This document shows, in pieces, positions 1-8,503 of a DNA stretch of 64,000 nt. The stretch's first letter is position 1. Every line of letters starts with the position of its first letter. Both the position numbers and the translations under genes were made by a program. Under the pieces are notes generated by a model. That model saw nothing but the letters and a program-made list of their open reading frames with translations, searched no databases and was not told the DNA's origin. The DNA comes from Gammaproteobacteria bacterium (GTDB lineage: Bacteria > Pseudomonadota > Gammaproteobacteria > Magnimaribacterales > AG-339-G14), in the NCBI GenBank assembly GCA_004213955.1, contig SGZL01000001.1, positions 111,552-175,551 of the forward strand, in the 5' to 3' direction.

Positions 1-162
1 AACAAATATTGCTTTGCAAACCCCGTTTGGAGCAAGACTAAATAGAGATTCTATAATGTGATCCGCATTGAATCTGGGTAAGTTGCTAGAAATTTATGGT
101 GACATAAATTCAAGATGAATGATTACATAAAACAGAACCCGGCTTATGGGTCAACTCAACCT
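1..162 (+). ncRNA. rnpB: RNase P RNA (bacterial type A), 3' portion; the 5' end lies outside the window
   Basis: Collinear with the 3' third of E. coli M1 RNA as recalled. Matching blocks: GGAGCAAGACTAAATAG (29-45), TGAATCTGGGTAAGTTGCT (69-87), AGATGAATGA (113-122) and the near-invariant ACAGAACCCGGCTTAT (132-147). The tail GGGTCAACTCAACCT ends at 162. Confidence 0.88.
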
Positions 163-217
163 AAAAATTTCCAAAAAAAATATATTTAGTCTTAAATCTA
201 TTGATTTAAAGTCTTTG

Positions 218-260
218 AAAGTGTGTAAAAGTGTGTAAAAATACACCTAAGTGTACAAAA
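218..260 (+). promoter_or_regulatory. Candidate MraZ operator / dcw promoter region: phased GTGT decamers
   Basis: GTGTGTAAAA at 221-230 and 231-240, and GTGTACAAAA at 251-260, lie on a 10-bp register. The intervening decamer ATACAC (241-246) is GTGTAT on the other strand. The array ends 13 nt before the mraZ ATG. Known MraZ boxes are short G/T-rich direct repeats (TGGGN in E. coli, AAAGTG[T/G] in Mollicutes). Confidence 0.45.
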
Positions 261-272
261 TAGGGACAAAAT

Positions 273-749
273 ATGGCTGGTATATACGGCTTCAGCAGTT
301 TAGTTTTAGATACTAAAGGAAGAATAGCGATGCCAGCAAAATACAAAGACCAGTTAAAAAACTTAGCTGGCGGCTCCATCATTGTTACTCGAGATCCTCA
401 ATATCCTTCTTTGTTAATATATCCAGGAAATTTGTGGAAAAAGATTTCAAGTTCTTTTGAGGAACTGTCTGGCTTAAATCCAGAAATAAGATCTTTGCAG
501 TGGAACTTTCTTGGTAATGCACATTATATTGATTTTGATATTTCTGATCGGATGACTATTCTTCTCCCAAGTCCATTAAGAGAATATGCTCAATTAAAAG
601 AAAAAGCTAAAGTTGTTTTGATAGGTATGGGTCAAAAATTCGAGTTATGGAGCGATAAGAATTGGAAGATTAAAGAATCAGGAAAAAAATTAAATTCTGA
701 AAGAATTGATATTAATCTTCCAGAAGAAATAAAGGAAATTCCGTTTTGA
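273..749 (+). CDS. mraZ: Transcriptional regulator MraZ
   Basis: 158 aa. Two DxxxR half-motifs (LDTKGR, DISDR). First gene of the dcw cluster; 4-nt overlap with rsmH. Confidence 0.9.
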   Translation: MAGIYGFSSLVLDTKGRIAMPAKYKDQLKNLAGGSIIVTRDPQYPSLLIYPGNLWKKISSSFEELSGLNPEIRSLQWNFLGNAHYIDFDISDRMTILLPSPLREYAQLKEKAKVVLIGMGQKFELWSDKNWKIKESGKKLNSERIDINLPEEIKEIPF

Positions 750-1606
750 ATCATGTATCCGTTATGCCAGTAGAGGTGCTTGATAACCTTCTTCATATTA
801 AAGAAGGAGACTATCTAGACTGCACTTTCGGTGGCGGTGGGCACTCTAAAAGCATTCTTGAAAATATAGGCGTTTCTGGCTCCTTAAAGGCAATAGATAA
901 AGATCCAAAAGTCTTAAAATTTGCAGATCAAATTCTAGATAGCAGGTTTGAATTCAAAAATATAAGTTTTTCCGATTTAGAAAATTCATTTCCATGTGAG
1001 TCTTTCGATGGAATTTTGATGGATTTGGGTATTTCTTCAATTCAATTAGATGACCAATCTAGAGGTTTTAGCTTCAAGTCTGATTCAATTTTAGATATGA
1101 GAATGGATCAGACTCAAGGACTTGCCGCTTTTGAATGGTTAAACAAAGCTGATGAAAAAGAAATAGCTGATACGTTTTATTATCTTGGCGAAGAAAGAAA
1201 ATCTAGAGCCTTAGCAAAACAAATTATTGAAAAAAGAAAAAAAGGAAAAATAACTTCAACTTCTGATCTCATTAATCTTAGGTTTCCTTATAGTCGATCA
1301 AAAAAACATCCTGCGACCAATATTTTTAGAGCAGTAAGGATGTTTATAAACAATGAAATTGAAGAATTAATTTCTGCTTTAAAAAGTTCTTTATCCCTTT
1401 TAAAAAAAGGAGGGCGTCTAGTGGTAATTTCATTTCACTCCATAGAAGATAGGATTGTAAAAAACTTTTTAAGAGGTACTTTAGAAAACGTAACATTAGA
1501 AAGCTATTTAGAGCCCGAAGGCAAGTTAATTAAACCTTCTGAAGAAGAAGTCTATAACAATCCTAGAGCAAGAAGCGCAATCTTAAGAGTAGGCAAGAAG
1601 ATATGA
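746..1606 (+). CDS. rsmH: 16S rRNA (cytosine1402-N4)-methyltransferase RsmH
   Basis: TTG start overlapping the mraZ stop. SAM-binding DCTFGGGGHS motif and DLGISS motif. Canonical position. Confidence 0.93.
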   Translation: MNHVSVMPVEVLDNLLHIKEGDYLDCTFGGGGHSKSILENIGVSGSLKAIDKDPKVLKFADQILDSRFEFKNISFSDLENSFPCESFDGILMDLGISSIQLDDQSRGFSFKSDSILDMRMDQTQGLAAFEWLNKADEKEIADTFYYLGEERKSRALAKQIIEKRKKGKITSTSDLINLRFPYSRSKKHPATNIFRAVRMFINNEIEELISALKSSLSLLKKGGRLVVISFHSIEDRIVKNFLRGTLENVTLESYLEPEGKLIKPSEEEVYNNPRARSAILRVGKKI

Positions 1607-1827
1607 ATGATCAGTTTCCTATGATTTTAATTTTTAGTTTTCTAATCATCGGCATTTTATCTTCAACTATTACAAAATCTATGAATGTTCATGAAATACG
1701 AACGCTTAATTCCCAAGTAGATAAAGAATTTGAAAGGTACTTAGTTTTAGATAATGAAAACATAAGATTAAAAAATTTAGTAGAAACAGAAAATAACTCA
1801 ATAAATTTAAATAATTTCGATGAATAA
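1603..1827 (+). CDS. ftsL: Cell division protein FtsL (short form)
   Basis: 74 aa with one N-terminal TM helix followed by a coiled-coil-like segment. Canonical slot after rsmH. Call rests on position and architecture. Confidence 0.6.
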   Translation: MNDQFPMILIFSFLIIGILSSTITKSMNVHEIRTLNSQVDKEFERYLVLDNENIRLKNLVETENNSINLNNFDE

Positions 1828-3040
1828 TCAAAATATAAAAGTAGGAATAGATATTGGCACTTCAAAGGTAGTTTGTCTGATTGTTGAGTCAAATCCTGAG
1901 GGTTTGAAAGTTTTGGGTCTAGGGACACATCCATCTAAAGGCTTGAAAAACGGAGTTGTTGTAGATATTGAGTCAACTGTTACAGCGATACAAGAAGCTA
2001 CGAATAAAGCAGAATTAATGTCTGGAATTAGAGTCCATCAAGCATATGTAGGAATATCTGGAGGCAGTTCTAATGGTTTAAATTCAGAAGGGGTCGTTCC
2101 TATTAAAGATAAAAAAGTAAAAATAAGTGACGTTGAAAAAGTAATAACTGCCGCAAAAGCTCAAAGTATTCCAGATGGATATAAACTCTTACATATTTTG
2201 GCCAGGGAATACGCTATCGATCAACAAAGTGGAATAAAAGAGCCTCTTGGAATGGCAGGCGTTAGACTCGAAGCTAAGGTTCATTTAGTTTCATGTGAAA
2301 AAAATGCAGCAGAAAATATTTCATCATGTATGAAGGCTTGTGGTATTTCAGTTCAAGATTATGTTCTAGAACAACTTGCTTCTAGTTATTCAGTACTTTC
2401 TCAAGACGAGAAAAAACTGGGAGTTTGCCTAATCGATTTAGGTGGAGGCACTTCAGATGTAGCAATATTTATGGACGATTCAATTAGTCATACTATCAAT
2501 ATACCTGTTGGCGGCGATCACGTGACTAATGACATTGCTAGAGCAATTCAAACTCCTACTTCACAAGCAGAAGAATTAAAGAAAAAATATGGATGCGCAT
2601 CTAGTTCTCTTACAAGTGAAGGAGAGAAGATTTCGACTCCTTCCATAAATGGAAGAAGCGATAAAGTGTTTTCACGTCAGGCATTAGCAGATGTTATTGA
2701 GCATAGATACGCAGAAATTTTCCAAATGATTAGACAAAGATTAGAAATAAATGATCTCTCACAATATTTACCCGCAGGAATTGTTTTAACTGGTGGAGCT
2801 TCGAAAATTGAAGGAATCTCGCAATTGGGCGAAGAAATTTTTCAAGTTCCAGTTAGGGTTGGCAAACCTAAGGGGCTTATAGGATTATCTGATATTTTGA
2901 AAAATCCTGTTTACTCTACTTCTACAGGTTTAATTTTATATGGTCAAAAAGTTACTGAAGAGGAATTTGTAGATTTTGCTTTTATTAGAGAAAAAGGTTT
3001 ATTCAATAAAGCATTTAAATGGATTCAAAATAATTTTTAG
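1820..3040 (+). CDS. ftsA: Cell division protein FtsA (actin-like ATPase)
   Basis: 406 aa. DIGTSKV and DLGGGTSD phosphate-binding motifs. Full-length FtsA-like sequence. Confidence 0.95.
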   Translation: MNNQNIKVGIDIGTSKVVCLIVESNPEGLKVLGLGTHPSKGLKNGVVVDIESTVTAIQEATNKAELMSGIRVHQAYVGISGGSSNGLNSEGVVPIKDKKVKISDVEKVITAAKAQSIPDGYKLLHILAREYAIDQQSGIKEPLGMAGVRLEAKVHLVSCEKNAAENISSCMKACGISVQDYVLEQLASSYSVLSQDEKKLGVCLIDLGGGTSDVAIFMDDSISHTINIPVGGDHVTNDIARAIQTPTSQAEELKKKYGCASSSLTSEGEKISTPSINGRSDKVFSRQALADVIEHRYAEIFQMIRQRLEINDLSQYLPAGIVLTGGASKIEGISQLGEEIFQVPVRVGKPKGLIGLSDILKNPVYSTSTGLILYGQKVTEEEFVDFAFIREKGLFNKAFKWIQNNF

Positions 3041-3054
3041 TTTAGGAGGTAATT

Positions 3055-4179
3055 ATGAACTGGAAAGTAGTTGAAAAGGGCAATAATCTCGGAGCTTTAA
3101 TTAAAGTCATTGGGGTTGGCGGATGTGGAGGAAACGCAGTTGATCACATGGTTAAAAGCGGATTGGAAAATGTTGAAACCATCTCCATTAATACCGATAG
3201 TCAAGCGCTTGATGCAAGTGTTGCTGAAGTTAAGCACTGTTTAGGGGAAATAAGTAACTCTGGCCAGGGTGCGGGAGCTAACCCAGATATTGGAAGAGAT
3301 ACTGCTTTAGACGATTACGAAAGAATAGAAGCTTTATTAGAAGGCTCAGATATGGTTTTTATTGCAGCAGGAATGGGTGGAGGAACTGGAACAGGCGCTT
3401 CTCCAATTATCGCAAGAGTAGCAAAATCAGTGGGCGCTTTAACTGTAGCAGTGGTAACAAAACCTCTTAACCTAGAAAGAAAAGACAAAGTTGCAGATGA
3501 TGGTATTAAGGCTCTTAGAGATGAAGTTGACTCTTTGATAACAATCCCAAATCAGAAGCTAGCTGAAGTTTTTGGGGACGATATTGATTTTCAAGACGCT
3601 TTTGCTCATGGCAACGATGTTCTTTTAGGCGCCGTAAGAGGTATTTCAGATATTATTACCAACGTAGGTACGATTAATGTAGATTTTCAAGACGTCAAAG
3701 CTGTTATGTCTGAGAAGGGCACAGCTATGATGGGAACAGGTATAGCCAGTGGACCTAGTAGAGCGATAGAGGCAGCCTCATCTGCAGTTGGAAGTCCTTT
3801 ACTTGAAGATATAAATTTAGAGAATGCTAAAGGAGTCTTAGTAAATATATCTGCTAAAGACAAAATAGGAATGAAAGAGATAGATAAAGTTCTCGAACAA
3901 GTTAATCAATTCTCTTCAGAAGGAGCTCTAATCATTCCTGGAGTTGCCATTGATAAATCTATGGAAGCAGGAGATTTAAAAGTTACGATCGTGGCAACTG
4001 GTTTAGGAGATGCAAAACAAAAAAAAGGTTCTCTCGCGGATGATCCATTTGGCTTTAAAGTTAACAACGGTTCAGGTACAAAAATAAAACCAATAACCGA
4101 TTTTGAAACCATTGAAAAAAAGACTCCATCGTCGGATTATTTAGATATACCTTCCTTCGTTAAAAGGCAGATAGATTGA
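3055..4179 (+). CDS. ftsZ: Cell division GTPase FtsZ
   Basis: GVGGCGGNAV and GGGTGTGA tubulin signature. C-terminal peptide DYLDIPSFVKRQ. Strong SD AGGAGG at 3044-3049. Confidence 0.97.
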   Translation: MNWKVVEKGNNLGALIKVIGVGGCGGNAVDHMVKSGLENVETISINTDSQALDASVAEVKHCLGEISNSGQGAGANPDIGRDTALDDYERIEALLEGSDMVFIAAGMGGGTGTGASPIIARVAKSVGALTVAVVTKPLNLERKDKVADDGIKALRDEVDSLITIPNQKLAEVFGDDIDFQDAFAHGNDVLLGAVRGISDIITNVGTINVDFQDVKAVMSEKGTAMMGTGIASGPSRAIEAASSAVGSPLLEDINLENAKGVLVNISAKDKIGMKEIDKVLEQVNQFSSEGALIIPGVAIDKSMEAGDLKVTIVATGLGDAKQKKGSLADDPFGFKVNNGSGTKIKPITDFETIEKKTPSSDYLDIPSFVKRQID

Positions 4180-4180
4180 T

Positions 4181-5842
4181 TTGTATTTTGAAATTACTAA
4201 TAAGTACAGAGAATTAACTATATGGTCGATAGTTTTTTTACTGCTGCTTTCATTACCAGTAAGATTTTATTTTCTTGAAAAATATCAATCTGAAACAGCA
4301 ATAAAAAAATCCGTATCTATTTCAGAAAGGTCAATGGACATATTGGCTCGAAGAGGAAAAATTACAGATCGAAACGGAGAAATTTTAGCGCAAGATATTC
4401 CTTCGTATGAAATTGGTCTTGAAATAAGTAAATTTTCTTTTAATCCAGAAGAAATCTCAAAAATATCTACTCTTTTGGATATTGAATTAAGAAAGTTAAA
4501 AAATAGAATTTCTAAGCAAGGAAAAAAATATTTAATCTTAAAAAGAAATGCTTCTGTCGAGGCATTTTTAAAAATTAAAAATCAAAAAATTGGTGGAATA
4601 GTAGGTTATAAAAAATATACTCGTGCCTACCCTAAAGGAGCAGCTTTTTCACAAATTGTCGGAGTAGTAAACACTTATGATAATTCCGGAATTCAGGGGA
4701 TTGAATTAAGCTTAGATTCTTTGCTTACAGGTACAAATGGCAAAAAAAAATATTTAAGAACAAGAAAAAATAAAACAATAAAGTCCTTTATAGAAAACCC
4801 TTCTCACGGAGAAGATATTCGGCTTACTTTAGATGCAGATTTACAATCTGAAGCCTATGATATTCTAGCAAAGACAGTGGATTACCATAATGCAAATTCA
4901 GGGTCGATGGTAGTTATTGAACCAAAGAGTCACGAGATTCTAGCAATGTCTAATTATCCAAGCTTTGATCCAAATGATAGAAAAAACATTGTCACTGGAA
5001 CTCTTGAAAACAAAGCTTCAACTGATTTGTTTGAACCAGGATCAACAGTTAAGCCAATAATAGTAGCCGCAGTTTTACAAAGCGATAATTCCATTGAGGA
5101 TGAACTAATAAATACAAGTCCAGGTTATATTGATTATGAAGGTTTTATAACAAAGGATTTCAAAGATTATGGTACTCAAAATTTATCTCAAATAATATCT
5201 AACTCAAGCAATGTAGGGATGGTGAAGCTTTGTGACAAGGTCGAAGCTGAAATTATTATTAATGGATTTTATAAAATGGGTTTTGGTAAATATATGAACG
5301 AAATTTTTATTTCAACTAGAGAAGGTTATCTCCCTCCAGTCAATAAATTGAGCAAAAGAGATAAAGTAAGTTTATGCTATGGTTATGGCTTACAGACTAC
5401 TTTATTGGAGTTAGTGAGCTCTTATTCTATTTTGTATTCAAAAGGCAAATCTAAACCATTAAGTTTGGTATTTAGCTCGGCTTCAGAAGAGAACGAGCAA
5501 ATTATTTCGCCTGAATTATCTTCAGAAGAGTACGAGCAAATTATTTCGCCTGAATTATCTTCAAAAATGGAAAAAATGCTTACAGCAGTTGTTGACGAAG
5601 GAACTGGTAGAAGGGCAAAAGTCAAAGGAATTAAAATTTCTGGTAAAACTGGCACCGTAAAGAAAATAGGAAACCTTGGGTACGATGAGCAATCACTTAA
5701 TGCTCTTTTCGTTGGTCAAGCATCTTTGGGCCAAAAGAATTTAATCGTTGGAGTAATTATTAGAGATTCTCAAGACAATGGAAATGGAGGAGGAGATGTT
5801 GCTGCGCCTTCATTTGCAAATTTTATTAACAAGATACATTAA
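4181..5842 (+). CDS. ftsI: Peptidoglycan D,D-transpeptidase FtsI (PBP3)
   Basis: TTG start 1 nt after the ftsZ stop. N-terminal TM helix. STVK (SxxK), SSN (SxN) and KTGT motifs. Confidence 0.9.
   Translation: MYFEITNKYRELTIWSIVFLLLLSLPVRFYFLEKYQSETAIKKSVSISERSMDILARRGKITDRNGEILAQDIPSYEIGLEISKFSFNPEEISKISTLLDIELRKLKNRISKQGKKYLILKRNASVEAFLKIKNQKIGGIVGYKKYTRAYPKGAAFSQIVGVVNTYDNSGIQGIELSLDSLLTGTNGKKKYLRTRKNKTIKSFIENPSHGEDIRLTLDADLQSEAYDILAKTVDYHNANSGSMVVIEPKSHEILAMSNYPSFDPNDRKNIVTGTLENKASTDLFEPGSTVKPIIVAAVLQSDNSIEDELINTSPGYIDYEGFITKDFKDYGTQNLSQIISNSSNVGMVKLCDKVEAEIIINGFYKMGFGKYMNEIFISTREGYLPPVNKLSKRDKVSLCYGYGLQTTLLELVSSYSILYSKGKSKPLSLVFSSASEENEQIISPELSSEEYEQIISPELSSKMEKMLTAVVDEGTGRRAKVKGIKISGKTGTVKKIGNLGYDEQSLNALFVGQASLGQKNLIVGVIIRDSQDNGNGGGDVAAPSFANFINKIH
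5483..5563 (+). repeat. In-frame 39-bp tandem duplication inside ftsI (2 copies plus 3 nt)
   Basis: Unit 1 (5483-5521) and unit 2 (5522-5560) differ at one base (5492 a vs 5531 t). Encoded peptides are SEENEQIISPELS / SEEYEQIISPELS. Confidence 0.95.
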
Positions 5843-5852
5843 ATAAAATATT

Positions 5853-7268
5853 ATGACTTTCGACGAATTAATTTCTTTAATTTTGGATTTAAAAAAAAAT
5901 TCAGGATGTAAATCGATAAATTTAAATTCTAATTTTGTAAAAAAAAATGATATTTATTTAAGCCTTTCTGAAGACCCTAAAAAAAATTTAGAATATCTTT
6001 CTATAGCAAGATCTAAGGGTGCCAAATTGATAATCTCGAGTGATAGAGCCTGTAAAAATAGACACTCCTCGATAAAATATTTTCCTAATTTAAAAAATAA
6101 GTTAAGTGAAATCTCCAATATATTTTTTGATGAGCCTTCAAAAAATTTAAAAGTTTATGGAATTACTGGAACCAACGGAAAATCGTCAGTTTCTTTTTTT
6201 CTTCATCAAATTTTAAAAGAAAGTAATTTGAAGGCCGCATTACTAAGTTCAATTAAAAATAAAAAAAAAGACGTATTTTTTTCTGAATTAACCACTCCAG
6301 ATACATTTTTTTTAAACCAATTTTTTTCCAATTTGTGCAATGAAAATTATAAGGCCGCTATATTAGAAATTTCGTCCCATGGTATTCATCAAAAAAGAAT
6401 TCAAGGATTAGATTTTAATTTTGGTTGTTTCACAAACATAAGTAGAGATCACTTGGATTATCATAAATCCATGAAAGAGTATTCTAGGGTCAAAGAAAGT
6501 TTTTTTTTAGACAATGTTTTTGAAACTTGCTTAATTAATATAGACAGTTCGTTGGGTAAAAAAATAAAGAAAATAAGCAGTAATTTTTATTCTATTTCTT
6601 CCAAAGAAAAAAAAGCAGACTTTTTTTTTGATAAAAATAGCGTACTTCATCACGACCGTAAAATTTATAATCTAAAAAATTATTCAAATTCAAACTTTAT
6701 GCAACTTAATTTTGCAATGGCGATATCTCTAGCAATAATTTCTAAGGTAAAAATTAATTTAAATAAAATTAAAAACATATTAAATCCTCTAGGTAGATTT
6801 GAAAAAATAGAGGTTTTTAAAGGAAAATATTGTGTGATTGATTATGCACATAGCCCTGCTGCCCTTGAAACGATTTTGAATGAAATAAATTTATCCCATA
6901 ACGGAGATGTAATATCAATTTTTGGTTGCGGGGGCGATAGAGATAAAGGGAAAAGAAAAAAAATGGGTGAAATAGCAGAAAAATTTTCAAATGAATTAAT
7001 AATTACAAATGATAATCCTCGATGGGAAGATCCTCTAAAAATTAAAACAGATATAATGAAGGGCATAAAAAAGTTGTCCCAGACCCATTTTATCTTGGAT
7101 AGAAAAGAGGCTATTGAAAAGGGACTAAACTTATTAAAATTCGCAAAAAAAGATTCTGTTTTGCTTATTGCTGGAAAAGGACACGAAGATTTTCAAGAAA
7201 TTGAAGGAAAAAAATATTCTTTTAGTGATAGAAAAATTATTCATAAATCAGAAGATGTTAATAGATAA
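5853..7268 (+). CDS. murE: UDP-N-acetylmuramoyl-L-alanyl-D-glutamate--2,6-diaminopimelate ligase
   Basis: Mur ligase P-loop GITGTNGKSS. C-terminal TNDNPR motif. Canonical position. Confidence 0.9.
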   Translation: MTFDELISLILDLKKNSGCKSINLNSNFVKKNDIYLSLSEDPKKNLEYLSIARSKGAKLIISSDRACKNRHSSIKYFPNLKNKLSEISNIFFDEPSKNLKVYGITGTNGKSSVSFFLHQILKESNLKAALLSSIKNKKKDVFFSELTTPDTFFLNQFFSNLCNENYKAAILEISSHGIHQKRIQGLDFNFGCFTNISRDHLDYHKSMKEYSRVKESFFLDNVFETCLINIDSSLGKKIKKISSNFYSISSKEKKADFFFDKNSVLHHDRKIYNLKNYSNSNFMQLNFAMAISLAIISKVKINLNKIKNILNPLGRFEKIEVFKGKYCVIDYAHSPAALETILNEINLSHNGDVISIFGCGGDRDKGKRKKMGEIAEKFSNELIITNDNPRWEDPLKIKTDIMKGIKKLSQTHFILDRKEAIEKGLNLLKFAKKDSVLLIAGKGHEDFQEIEGKKYSFSDRKIIHKSEDVNR

Positions 7269-8502
7269 AAAACTTTCAAAGATCGTCGAAATAACTAACT
7301 CTGAGTTAAAAGGAGAAGATTTATCTTTTAATAAAATATCTACAGACACACGAACATTAAAAAAAGGTGATTTATTTCTGGCTTTGAAAGGAGAAAACTT
7401 TGATGGTCATGATTTTATTGAAAAAGCCATTGCTAAAGGTGCCAATTCGATAGTCTCCGAGAGAGAATTAAATTACGAAATAAGTTATATCAAAACAAAA
7501 AATAATCATATTTTCTTAAAAAAACTTGCCAAACAAATTAGAAAAAACTTTAAGGGGACAATATTCGCCATAACTGGAAGTAATGGCAAAACTTCTACAA
7601 AAGAAATATCTTTTTTAATTTTAAGCCATATTTTTGGTGAGAAAAAAATCTTTAAGTCTCCAAAAAATTGGAATAACGAGTTGGGCCTTTATTTTTCTTT
7701 GTTAGAGTTAAAACCCGATCATGACCTTGCTATATTTGAGATTGGAACCAATTTTCCTGGAGAAATAGGAAATTTATCTAAATTTCTTAAACCTCATCAT
7801 GGGTTAATTACTAACATTGGCAGCTCCCATTTGGAATTTCTTAAAAATCTAGATGGAGTAGCTAATGAAAAATCAGAATTATTTAATTATGTTGGTAAAG
7901 AGGGATGTTGTCTTGCAAGGGTTGATAATAAGTACAAAAAAATTCTCCTTAAAAAGGCAAAAGAAAAAAATTTAATGTTTCTAAAAAAAGGTAATAAAAG
8001 TATTTATGATTTAAATTTTGAAGCCTCTTTTAAGATTATTGAAAGCGCTTTGAGCCTAGAAATTTCAAAAATAAAAAAAATTAAATTAAAAGATAAGGTA
8101 AAAAAAATCGTGAAAGTACCTGGTAGGATGGAACGAAAAATAGGGCCTAACAACACTACTATTATTGATGATTCATATAACGCAAATCCAGATTCTTTTT
8201 TTGCAGCGTTTGAAGAAATTTCTAAATTTAATTTTAAAAATAAAATTTGTGTCATGGGTAAAATGGGAGAACTTGGAATTAATTCATCTCGACTCCATGA
8301 TGCTGTCATAAGTAAATCACTTATTCATTTTGATCATATTTTTTGTGTTGATATTGAATCTAAAATATCTAATGAAAAAATAAAATATATCTCAAAAAAT
8401 GAAGTACAAAACCAAATTAAGATTTTTTTTGGAATAGATACTTTAATTCTATTTAAAGCATCAAGATCAGTTAAAATGGAAACAGTTATAAAAGTCGCTT
8501 GA
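7255..8502 (+). CDS. murF: UDP-N-acetylmuramoyl-tripeptide--D-alanyl-D-alanine ligase
   Basis: ITGSNGKTSTKE P-loop. I prefer the in-frame ATG at 7255 (14-nt overlap with murE) to the ORF-track start at 7168. Confidence 0.88.
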   Translation: MLIDKKLSKIVEITNSELKGEDLSFNKISTDTRTLKKGDLFLALKGENFDGHDFIEKAIAKGANSIVSERELNYEISYIKTKNNHIFLKKLAKQIRKNFKGTIFAITGSNGKTSTKEISFLILSHIFGEKKIFKSPKNWNNELGLYFSLLELKPDHDLAIFEIGTNFPGEIGNLSKFLKPHHGLITNIGSSHLEFLKNLDGVANEKSELFNYVGKEGCCLARVDNKYKKILLKKAKEKNLMFLKKGNKSIYDLNFEASFKIIESALSLEISKIKKIKLKDKVKKIVKVPGRMERKIGPNNTTIIDDSYNANPDSFFAAFEEISKFNFKNKICVMGKMGELGINSSRLHDAVISKSLIHFDHIFCVDIESKISNEKIKYISKNEVQNQIKIFFGIDTLILFKASRSVKMETVIKVA

Positions 8503-8503
8503 T

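Noticed and set aside
7168-7254. Long 5' extensions of murF (7168), murD (9529) and surE (25431) given by the ORF track
   Set aside because: These extensions overlap the preceding gene by 36-100 nt and add non-conserved residues. In-frame ATGs at 7255, 9589 and 25467 restore the typical N-termini (MLIDKKLS..., MQTKRKFVLILGAGQTG, MNILLTNDDG) and the tight stop/start coupling seen elsewhere.
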